A stretch of DNA of 64,000 nt from the human T2T-CHM13v2.0 reference genome, Homo sapiens. The stretch lies in the NCBI RefSeq assembly GCF_009914755.1, contig NC_060929.1, one strand, 5' to 3'. Below are positions 1 to 10,292 of the stretch, piece after piece. A program made the position numbers and the translations under genes. Below the pieces are notes generated by a model that did not search any database, was not told the origin of the DNA, and saw only the letters and a program-made list of their open reading frames with translations. Position 1 is the first letter of the stretch. Each line of letters starts with the position of its first letter.

Positions 1-68
1 TGGTGCTGAGCAAGCCCAGCCGTTAACACGCGCAGCACACATGCACTCAGAAGCAGACGCGGCAGCGT

Positions 69-237
69 CTCCGTTCACTAGTTATTTCGTATCGTAATTC
101 GTTTATTACTAATTAACAGTATCATCTCAGTTTACTAGTTATTACGTATTGTAATTAACTTATTACTAATTAATATCATCTCGGTTCACTAGTTATTTAG
201 TTATTATGTATTGTAATTAACTTATTACTAATTAACA
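69..237. repeat. AT-rich tandem repeat, 3 copies of ~55-60 bp (GTTCACTAGTTATT...GTAATTAACTTATTACTAATTAA)
   Basis: Three visibly aligned copies inside GC-rich intron 5. Confidence 0.85.
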
Positions 238-612
238 AGGTCAGGGCAGTGTTTTGTCTTCACCTTCCCTCGTGAGATACAGGTTCCAAGAACTCAGCCT
301 ATGGCACACGCTGGGCTACAGGAGCCACTGGAATCGCCCGTGCCTCCCCCTCCCCAGCCCGCTGCCTGGTGGGCACTGCCTACCCTGGCAAGAGACGGTC
401 ACCACGCAGCAAAATGGGGAAGAAAACCAAACAGCCGTGACCTCACGGCTCAAACGCCAGAGGAGCCAGTGGAGAACACGCAGAAGGCCCGGCTGAGACC
501 CCCAGGCAGCCCCCGGCCCGGCCTCGCCAAGCGGCCTCCTCGCGGTTGCCGTGCGGCAAAACACAGACTCCTCTAACAGGACTCAGGGCCGCGGCTGGCG
601 GGCACCCCTTAC

Positions 613-667
613 CTGGGACCACACCGTTGGTAGCGATCGCACTCATGGAAATGGCGGTCAGCATTGT
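613..667 (-). CDS. SLC12A7: SLC12A7 coding exon 5 (55 nt; TMLTAISMSAIATNGVVP + 1 nt)
   Basis: Acceptor tttttgcag|ACA at 669-668; donor G|gtaagg at 612-611; conserved SLC12 motif SAIATNG. Confidence 0.97.
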
Positions 668-1144
668 CTGCAAAAAGACAGGCAGCCATCTGAGGAGAGT
701 TTTCCAACAGCCTGCCGGCATCGCAACACTCCCAAGTCAGGGTCTATGACCCGGCTCCCGCCGAATGCCAGCCCCCAACTCCAGGGCTCTCCATCTCAAT
801 GGAGTGGCTAGGAAACAGGACCTGGAGGCTCCCGGGCACCAGGCATGCGTGTCCTGGTTCCCACCCCTTCCCCTATGACAGCGACCCCTGAAAGTGCCCA
901 AGGTCCTTCCAAACTGGAGGTGATGTCATCAAAACACAGGGTGTCCCTTCCCTTGGAAGCCTCAGCCCCCGGGTGCCGCCCCATGACACCCACCACTGGC
1001 TGAGATGCCTGTCCGCAGACACGGGTAAATGAGGTGCCAGCACGCCAGTCAACACGCCAGCACTAACCCCGGACAGTGTGGCATCTCATCCCCGCAGCTG
1101 CCCGGCTCTCGTGGAGGAGACGGCGCTGAACGACGTCTACACGG

Positions 1145-1284
1145 GCGTCTGGGGAGGGCCCTACTGTCCGGCTGCCACCGCCCGAAGGCACAACCACAGC
1201 GGCCAGGGGAGACGGCATCTGGGGAGAGCCCTACTGTCCAGCTGCCACCGCCCGAAGGCACAGCCACACCTGGCCGGGGGAGAC
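1145..1284. repeat. 70-bp tandem duplication (2 copies) abutting the exon 4 donor
   Basis: TCTGGGGAGRGCCCTACTGTCCRGCTGCCACCGCCCGAAGGCACA at 1148 and 1218. Confidence 0.9.
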
Positions 1285-1288
1285 TCAC

Positions 1289-1435
1289 ACATGTGCAGCA
1301 CATGGCCACGATGAGGAAGGACTCCAGGACACCAGCCACCCCCACGATCCACGTCAGGCGCAGGAAGAGGATGACGCCCAGGATGTTCTGCAGGCACGGC
1401 AGGTAGACGCCGATGAAGGTGCCCATGCGCGGAGC
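1289..1435 (-). CDS. SLC12A7: SLC12A7 coding exon 4 (147 nt; [51 protein letters not shown]1-TM2)
   Basis: Acceptor tcgcag|GCT at 1437-1436; donor TGT|gtgagt at 1288-1287; KCC TM1 signature [10 protein letters not shown]. Confidence 0.98.
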
Positions 1436-1878
1436 CTGCGACAGAGCATAGCGTGTCCCAGGGGCTCGTACCCCACACCCAGAGGGAGCCCCCTCCCCAG
1501 GCTGCACTCAGGCCCTGGGCAGGCAAAGCGGCCGTGGGGGCAGGAGGGGGCAGGAGTCCTTCCCAGAACAGATGGAGGTTCAGAGAGAGGCCCAGGACAG
1601 GACCCCTGACCATCCCGGAATGAGGGCTTAGGGGAGGGGAGCAGAACCACATGGTTGGCAGAGAACCAAGATGCAGCTGCTCCGCTGTGCCTCCCCGACG
1701 GAGGGAAACCTGTTACACTGGAAAAGTTATGGAAAAAACAAGAGGGAGAACGAGAGGGCCCCCGGCTCCGTTCCCTGGATGGCTCAGGGCCTGAGATCTG
1801 ACACCCTGGGAGAGCCTGAGACTTCAGGAATGGAAGCAGAGCCAGCGGAGGGATGAGACGGCTGCTGCCCATAAAGCT

Positions 1879-1898
1879 AAAAAAAAAAAAAAAAAAAA
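1879..1898. repeat. A20 homopolymer
   Basis: Direct read. Confidence 0.95.
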
Positions 1899-3927
1899 TC
1901 CACAGCTCAGCGTCGGCCCTGGGCAGAAACTGACACATCTTAACCGGGCACGGAGGTCACCACGAGATAACAGCAAAGGTTCAGATATCCACGTGGGGGC
2001 CACCCCGCCTGCCCCAGCACGGAGCAGGCAGCCTGCTTCAGACACCTGTGCCAGAGAGGGGGACACACCCTGTGCCCTGAGAAAACCCACATGGGCAAGG
2101 GTCAGCAGCACAGCCAGGAGCAGGCCAGCGCCTGCCAGGCAGCTCCCCAGCTCCACTCGGGACGGGCCAGGCTGGGGTAGAAGTTTCAGCTCCATCCCCA
2201 CTGCCTGCTCAGCCCCACTCCCGCCATGAGCAGAGGCACGTGGCTCAGACCTGGAGGACGGCTGGTGCCAGCACAAGGTGACGTTTTAACAGGAAAACGT
2301 CTCAAGGTCAATACGGAAAAGGGGGAAGGTTTTATTTGAAGACACTTCCTGTGAACAGTGGCCACAATGTGGATCAGAACAGGCCCCGTGCGGGGCTTCG
2401 ATCCTGGGGTTCACACAGCCCAGGCCTGGGGAGGATGGGAACAGGGGACCAGGTGAGGGGCAGCTCCCAGGGAGAGCACGCTGAACACCACATCACAAAA
2501 GCAAACAGGGTGGCTTCTGGGGTCACCGTGCCGGAACGCCTCCCACAGACTGGCCGAGGCTGGGGCCAGGGCAGGGCTCTAGGGCTCCACCAACTTTAGG
2601 ACCCTGGGAAAAATAATGTAAGAGCAGCTCGGAGCGTGGGAAGCCCTGGATCTGAGAGCCTGGGGGATTCACTTGGTTCCCTGAGCCCTAGGTGGGAAGC
2701 AACAGGGGAGCGACTTGCTTCTGACAGGGGCCCTGGAGAGGAGAGGGTGACGGGGCTGGGGGCCGCTGCTGGGCCCTCCAAATCTGGGTATGCTTTGTTC
2801 TTGGTGCAAACGAGAGAAGCGGTGGCGGATGGTGGAGAACCGGCTTTGGGACATTCTCATTGGATAAAACTGAGAGCCCAGGGCAGAGGTGACAGCAAGG
2901 CTCCAGGGACAATTGTTGCTGTGACTTCCCAGCGAGGCTTCAGCTAATGCAGGAGCCGACAGGCAGAGCTCCAGGCAGAGACGCGGTCCACACAGGGGCC
3001 CCTGCCCTCCAGGCTCAGCCTCAAATCCCGCAGCCCCGTGACAGGCGAGTCAGAAGCTGGTTCTCGGCCAAAGGCGGGGGATCCTGACTCCTCACGGAAG
3101 GGCATGGCCGGCCTTGGCCTCTTGGTTCGCGCCTAAAGGCAACTTTTAAGGCTCAACCTGACCCAATTTCAGGCGCGGGAGGCTGGAGATGCCTGGGCCC
3201 TTGAAAAGGCTCCTCAATGGGAGCAGGTCTGCTGGGGATGAGCCTCTGAGCCTGGCAAAGAGGACCAGGGGCGGCCCCTGCCCTTCCACCCCAGGGGCCG
3301 AGCCACGGTCCCCTAAGGGAGCCGAAGGAGTCACTGCCAACTGAAACCCGCCACCGTCAAACAACAGGCCTGCTGGGGTCACGGGCCCTGGTCCCTCCAC
3401 GACTGAAACGCAGGCAGCATCAGCCTGGGGTACCTGCATATTGTCCCTGAGGGACAGAGGCCTGAGAGCCACCAGCCTGGGGGTAGGGTTGCCAGGGAGG
3501 GCCAGGGAGAGCCTTCCAGGTGGGAACCTCCTGGGCCCTGGCCCACAGTGTGCCATGAACAAACGCACCTGCCTGGACGTTTCAGTCATGTCTCAGTACC
3601 AAGTAGGGTGAGAGAAGCTGGGGTGTGCTCTCTATGGGCACCTCATGGCAGGCTGGGCTCCATCAGGCAGAGGGGTTGGAGCTGGATGTCCAGGCCAGTG
3701 GTGCCTGAGCCCAGCCGAGCTGGAGCTAAAGCCTGTTCCCGGAGCACTCGGACCAGGCCCGTGGGAAGACACCTGCTCCCTGGAGAAAGCCAACATCTCC
3801 CTAGGACACAAACTCCAGCACACAGGCGGACAGACAGGGAAGGCCTGTGGCTCCTGAGTTTTGGTGCCAGAGTACCAGCCTGAGCCCATGAGGCCTCAAG
3901 GTAGTGCCCAGCATGCGTGAAACCCCA

Positions 3928-4188
3928 GAAAGGTGCTGAGTGCTGAGCCCGGCAATACCCAGTTCCACAGCGTCCACGTGCGGAAAGGTACTGAGTGCTG
4001 AGCCCGGCACACCACCACCCAATTCCGCGGCGTCCACGTGCGGCACGGCAATACCCAGTTCCGCAGCGTCCACGTGCAGAAAGGTGCTGAGTGCTGAGCC
4101 CGGCAATGCCCAGTTCCACACCATCCACGTGCAGAAAGGTGCTGAGTGCTGAGCCTGGCAACACCCAATTCCGCAGCGTCCACGTGCA
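3928..4188. repeat. ~55-bp tandem repeat, ~5 copies (one truncated), each ending in CCACGTGC
   Basis: GAAAGGTGCTGAGTGCTGAGCCCGGCAATACCCAGTTCCRCAGCGTCCACGTGCR repeated. Confidence 0.9.
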
Positions 4189-5850
4189 GCAGTGATGGTC
4201 CCACCCCAAGGGCTGGCCGAGCTACAGACAGGGGGGGCGGCCACAAGCTCCCCGAGCCGGGAAGGACCCAGCAGGGGAACCAGAAAGAGGTCCAGAGATG
4301 CAGCTTCTGAAGAGGCCACTACCCTGTCCTGGGACAACAGCCAGGGCTGAGGGCCCTCATCAGGCCAGGCCCCACCCCAAGGTGGTCTCACGGTCACGTC
4401 CCTCGTCTCCGGTTACTTCAACCCCAGATTGAGGCTTCTCAAAAACAAAACCAAATGTCTTCAAGTATTTTGGAAATGCAGTATTAATTCCGCTGTGTTT
4501 ACAGTAAAAGGAAGGAAAGAGACATCTTGAGCGGCCTGACTTCCCGACTGCTGTGTGGGACCCAGGTCAGCAGAACACTGGACGCTGGCAGGAGGCACTC
4601 AGGGGTGGCGTCGACGCAAAGCGCAGAGCCCAGGCTGGGAGGATGCAGGGGAGGGCAAGGAGCCGGCCGACGGACGCCCCACTTGGTGGAGGTCACACGC
4701 AGCAGGGGGGCCCACCCTCCCTGGACCTGGGGGCGCCTGGCTCAGCACCTCCTTCCTTCCTGCTCACTGGCCTCTACCTGGCACTACAAAACCCTCCCTT
4801 CTGAGAAGATAGGGATCTCCTGATGGTATTTTTAGAGTTAGAAAGTTAAGGAAAATAATAGGGGAATTTAAAAATCACCCTAAAAAGCCAACGTATGCCC
4901 TTAGCTGTCTGCCGAAGGAGGGGGGCACAGGCTCGGGGCTGACTCGGGAAATGACAATTTTGTGTCAAGACTGGGGGAGGCCGTCGCCCGGCTTCAGAGC
5001 AGGGCCTGCGCTGCTTGGTTTCTTCCGGTGGATTATTTTTTTTTGTTTTTTGTATCTTATTCTAGAGCAACACAGACATATTTGAAAGAAGATTTAAAAA
5101 GCAGAGGGAGTTGAGAAGAAACTGAGCCACCCGCCGCACCCCCACAGCGAGGACCTAAGATCTCCCCCAACACGGGTCCAGGGTCTTTCTCGCCTGTGAG
5201 CGTCACCTCAGGGCCTCAGGCCTCAGGGTGGCTCTCAGGCAACCCGTCTGTACAGGACGGCAGAACCCTCCCGAGGATGCTCAAGGGGTTTCCACACCTC
5301 GTCACCCACAGAAACCACTCAAGGGAAACCTTTCCCCACTGCACCCCCCTCGTTTCCTAGGACGGATTCCTGGAAACAAATCCTCAGGGAATAAAACTGC
5401 AGGGAAAATGCTACCAGGCTAAGTGTCCTGGACAGGAAATGAAAAGGAGGGTGGCCCCTGGGAGCACCGAGGCCACAGCACCCTCTGGAAGGGGCCACGT
5501 CCCGGCCTCTCGGCACCATTCAGACTCCTCTCCACAGCAGGGGATGGGGCCGCTCCCGCAGAACGAACAAAACACCCCAAGTTCATTTCTCGACAGGGAA
5601 CCCGGCCACCCAGATGCATGGGGGTGTCACGCTTCCCCGGACGGTGGAGAGGGAAGAGACCTGGACAGGAGCTGCAGGGCAGGCACCATCGAGCCCTCCC
5701 AGGAAGAAAGGGCTGGACGTGGCCATGATACCAGAGCTCAGGGCAGCTCTTCTGACAAGCAACTGCCTTGCCGGCGTGATCTAACCCTGCCGGGACACAC
5801 GGGGCGGGGACTGGGCGGGGACTGGGCGGGCACGGGCAGGGTGGCAGTAC

Positions 5851-5973
5851 CTTGGCCTCCCGCCGCCGGCTCTCCTCGTCCTCCTCGTGCTCCACCACGC
5901 CCTGGCTCAGGTTGGTGTAGTTGGCCAGCTTGTTGAGCAGCGAGGACACCATGGGGTTACTGTCCATCTCCTC
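5851..5973 (-). CDS. SLC12A7: SLC12A7 coding exon 3 (123 nt; [41 protein letters not shown])
   Basis: Acceptor cgcgcag|GAG at 5975-5974; donor AAG|gtactg at 5850-5849; KCC-conserved LANYTNL motif. Confidence 0.97.
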
Positions 5974-6471
5974 CTGCGCGGCGTGGACATGGTCACAGGC
6001 GGCCCGCACCTCGCCGTGGGCCCCCCGACCTCCCTCCCCGTGTTCAGGGTGTGGAGCTCAGGGTCTCCCCGGGTCCTCAGCCCCTGGGTCTGAAGCAAGC
6101 CAGAGAGGCCTGGACACCTGTGTGGCAGGTCTGAGTCCGAGGCCAGGGCTCCAGGCCTCACTGAGTGGGGCCACCCACCCATGGCAGGGACCCCAGGGTG
6201 TCCAGCACTCAGCAGCTCAGAGGGGTTCCCGTGGGGCCGGAGCACCCTAGATCCAGGAAGGAGCCCAGAAGGCACCAGCCGAGGAGCACGTCCCAGCTCA
6301 AGTGCGGGACTGGGCCCCCGCCACAGCCTTCAGGACAGGGAGGCCCCAGTTCCTTCCACGTGGTGTCCAGTCCTGTGGGAGGCCCCGGCCTGGGGGCCCC
6401 CAGGGGCTCCTTTACTTTTCCACATCAAAGCAACGGCCCTGGCACCTTCTTCTTCTAAAAAGTAAAGTTAC

Positions 6472-6566
6472 CTCGAAAAGTGCCATGTTCTTCCCTTCAA
6501 AGAAGCTCTCTTGTTCCACCTCGACATTGTTGAGGAATGGGCTGTTTTCTCTTGGATTTCCATCTC
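6472..6566 (-). CDS. SLC12A7: SLC12A7 coding exon 2 (95 nt; (G)DGNPRENSPFLNNVEVEQESFFEGKNMALFE); not shown as an ORF in the track
   Basis: Acceptor tcactag|GA at 6568-6567 completes the phase-1 Gly from exon 1; donor GAG|gtaact at 6471-6470; KCC motif NMALFEEE spans the exon 2/3 junction. Confidence 0.96.
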
Positions 6567-6762
6567 CTAGTGAGGGAAAAACAATTCAGAGTCAGCTTAG
6601 AAGGAACTAAAAGCAAGCACAGAAGGCCAACTACAGATCTTGCACGGAGGGCTCTGGTCCCCACCAGCTGTCACCTCTAAACCATGGCTAAGGGTGATAC
6701 TTCTCACACACTCTCCTTCCTTCCACACATCTGTGTTCCAAAGAAAGGGGCATTTCCCAGGG

Positions 6763-6888
6763 TGCACGCTAGTCCCAGGACACATGCTAGCCCCAATGCG
6801 CAAGCTATCCCCAGAACACAAGCTATCCCTAGGACACAAGCTATCCCCAGAACACACGCTAGCTCCAGGGCACACGCTATCCCCCACA
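6763..6888. repeat. 18-bp minisatellite, 7 copies (CACAAGCTATCCCCAGAA consensus)
   Basis: Units start at 6763, 6781, 6799, 6817, 6835, 6853 and 6871. Confidence 0.9.
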
Positions 6889-7324
6889 CACATCATCATT
6901 GAAGACAAAGCCCCTGAAAGCCTCGGCAAGTGAGCTGTTCAGCCCAGGGCAAGGGTACCTCCCTCTGGCGTTGAAAATCTCTCATTCAGCCAAATGTGGG
7001 CAAAATTCTCACTCTTAAAAGTCGGGGTGGCACCTCCTAGCCTTGCTGCTTAATCCGCCATTTCGGAGGGACACAGAGGACTTCCCACTGTTCCCTGTTG
7101 AGGATGCCGCCCACAGGCTCTCTAGGTAAATGAGCCCCTCCTGAGTCTTTCAGGAAGGCTGGGCCGGCGACCCCTCCATGGGGCTGAGCCCAGGCTTCGA
7201 ACCAGGGGGTAATCCTAGCAGCTGCCCGAGAGCATGAGCAAGGGAATTGGTGGGGAGGAGGACTTGAGGCTCCCTGGCGGGTTGAGGCCCGATGGCCCAT
7301 GTGACGGTGTTAGAAGATAGGGTC

Positions 7325-7410
7325 GGTAGGAGGTGGGGGCGGTAGGAGGCGGGGGGCCGGTAGGAGGCGGGGCCGGTAGGAGGTGGGGCCCGTAGGAGGT
7401 GGTGAGGTGT
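7325..7410 (+). repeat. G-rich ~17-bp repeat, ~5 copies (GGTAGGAGGYGGGG(G)CC); GC boxes, G4 potential
   Basis: Direct read. Confidence 0.8.
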
Positions 7411-8294
7411 GGAAGGGGATGAAAGTCCCTACCCCCAGGCCTCAGCAGCAGAGCTGTCGCCCTCCCACCCTCCATGGGAGGACACGGCAGGGAACCTAGG
7501 GCCCTCGCCAGACCCCAAACCTGCCCAGGCCTTGGTCTAAGACTTTCAGCCTCAAGAACTCTGAGAAGTTTCTGTGTTCATGAATCACCTGACCTGGGGG
7601 ACTGTCACAGCAACACAAGGAACTCGGCACAGGCCACTGCAGAGACCACAGCCTGCCCGGGACCCCTGAGCAGCCCATGGTCAGAACAGGGTCTGCAAAT
7701 GCACATGCCCCAGCCAGGCACGGTGAGGAGCTGAAGGGCATCAAACCATAGCCACCCACGCACCCCAGGGCCCTCAGGGCCCTCTGCCCCATGTGCTGCA
7801 CACCAGCTCCCCAGACTGGGAACGACCAAGCCGGGACCCTTCCTAGGGGTGCTCGGCCCATCCTTGCCCAGTCCACCCTAGCCCTGCACAGAATGGTGTG
7901 GGACCCTGAGGGTGCAGAAGAAACGGTCAAGGCAGGATGCGAGGTGGCCGGAGGAGGGCAGGCCAAGACCTCATCACTGCACCAAACAACCCCAGCTGGG
8001 AGGGTGGGCATTCTCTATGGGACATTTCAGATGTGCCAGAGCCCACTGGCGGCCACCCTGGCTGGCTGACAGGCACCAGCCGCAGGAGTGGTGGGTTCCA
8101 GCCGTGCCAGCAAAGAGGGCATCGCCGTCTGGGGGCAGGCGGGCAGCACGTGCTCCCAGTAGGGTGCCTGGGGCGGAAAGCACAGCCTTCAGGGTGTGCA
8201 GGTCCTTGGTGCGACCATGAGTGACTGCAGATGCCTAGACCATGGGGCACACCACAGAGAGGCCAGTGCCACGGAGCAGCGGCCCCACCCCTCA

Positions 8295-8730
8295 AAAACG
8301 TCAGGGAGACAACTCAGAGGAAGCTCCAGGTGACAGAGACGGTCAAATGCACGCACAACCTCAGACTTCTTTTTCTAGAGACCGTGATTGGGCCAGTTGG
8401 TGAGATCTGAAAAAGATCTCTCGTGTGTGATCATTAACTCCCTGATTCTGGTGACTGCACTGCAGAGATTCTGAAAGAAACGTGCTTGCTTTTAGGAAAT
8501 ACGCCTGTGAGAGGCACCACGTCAGCTGCTTACTCCCAACAGTTCAGAAACAAACGTGGGAGTGAAAGACGGAGACCTGGGGCAGGGCAGGAGGCAGGAG
8601 GGACACAGCCAACATGGCAGGAGGTTGGCATTTGGGCAACGGAGGCCAAGGGCAGATGGGCGTTCTCCACACTGGTCTTGCAACCTTTCTGAAATCTAAA
8701 ATTACATGGAAATCAGGTTAAAAGAAAAAT
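8295..8730 (+). mobile_element. Old L1 (L1MC/L1ME-type) 3' UTR fragment
   Basis: Resembles the L1M 3' end (TTAGGAAATAC..., TCTTGCAACCTTTCTG...AAATTA, A-rich end); highly diverged. Confidence 0.55.
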
Positions 8731-8973
8731 TACACATACTTTCAACTAAGAAAATATGTCTAAATGTCTTTCCCATCAATTATAGGTGTCTTTCCAAGAT
8801 GAGTCCCATCCAGGGCCCTTCCCCACTCCTCTTCAATGGTTTCAGTGGATTCCTGCTCAGGCCCTTTTTCTGGACATAACGGCCAACTGTTTACAGAGAG
8901 ATCAGTGGTGACTGGCGACACTTTCTGGAGTCAATGGAAGATGAAGGACCAGGAGCCTGGTGCAGCTATTCTT

Positions 8974-9174
8974 AGAGGGAGGGAGGGAAGGAAGAAAGGA
9001 GGGAGGGGGGAAGGGAGGGAAGGAAGGAGGGAGGAAGGAAAGGAGGGAGGGGGGAAGGGAGGGAAGGAAGGAGGGAGGGAAGGAAGGAGGGAGGGAGGGA
9101 TGAAGGGAGGGAGGGAGGGAAGGAAGAAAGGAGGGAGGGAGGAAGGGAGGGAAGGAAGGAGGGAGGGAGGGAGA
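8974..9174 (+). repeat. ~200-nt polypurine (GGAG/GGAA)n tract
   Basis: Almost all purines on the + strand. Confidence 0.95.
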
Positions 9175-10292
9175 GACCCGAGGGTTTCGGGTTCTCCCTC
9201 CCACGCAGCCAACCCCACAGACAACCTTGGACAAAGTCACAGCTGCTTGGGCTCAAGTTTCTCTTCCCCGCAGGAAGGGTGCGTGGCTCCGGAGGCTCAG
9301 CCCTGCCTGCCCTTCTCCACCAGGAGTGCAGCTTGGGGCTCCGCTGCCCGGCCTACATCCCTTCTGGAAAGCACAGGTTTACTGGTGGTTGAGGTCTTAG
9401 CATGTAACTATGTCTGCGTTCAGCAAGCAACCACTGTTTATCTGAACTCCTACGAACTGTACAAGTAGGAAAAACGTGTACACAGCAAGCACATTCGCTC
9501 AAACCAAGGGGACCAACATCCTTCCCGTCGCCTCCAACACTCCCAGCAGAAGCAACCCCTGCTCACCGCAGCGTCTCCTCTGCGCAGCCCACTTGGGAAG
9601 ATGGCAACGCCTATCAGGCCCCAAGAACACCCCGAAAAACACACACACAAGCTCCCCACAGGCAACCTATGCAGTTGGAAAAAAGCACTAGAAACAACTT
9701 GCTCAAGTTGGATTAATATCGAGAAATTCATTAAACTTAGAAAACATAACGATGTAACCACCACAGGGTCACACCCGAGATCCCTGCGTCTGACTGTGCA
9801 GGGCTGTGCGCCAGCGGCCTCACGACAAAGCCCTGCGTGTGGGGCCAGCGAGGCACGACTCTGTCCTTCTGCTGCTTATTAAAGTAACACAGACGATGAG
9901 TCCAGAACGCGAGGACGCACAGAAAAGGGGGACGGAATACAGAAAAGCAGGGTGTGGCTGGTCCTCCCAGGTGGGGACTGCACTGAACATGTGAGCGTGT
10001 GTTCAGCCACCAGCATGTTGTCACCAAAAGCAGCCTCAGAGCATGATTACAACCTTCAAGCCTTTAAAGAGAACGCATCTCCCCTCACTTTCTTGAGAAG
10101 AGTGTCGCTTGGTCTCTACGGAGGCCACAGCAAGCGTGCTCTCAGCAGGATGGAAGTGCCCACTTGGGAGTGCCCACAAACGTTTCTATCTGGTTAAAAC
10201 AGCCAGGTCAGACCTGAACCAAGAGTGCGTCCCGGGGACGTCATGGGCTCAATGCCATCCCAGTCAAGAGACCCTTCGTTAAAAATCCAATG

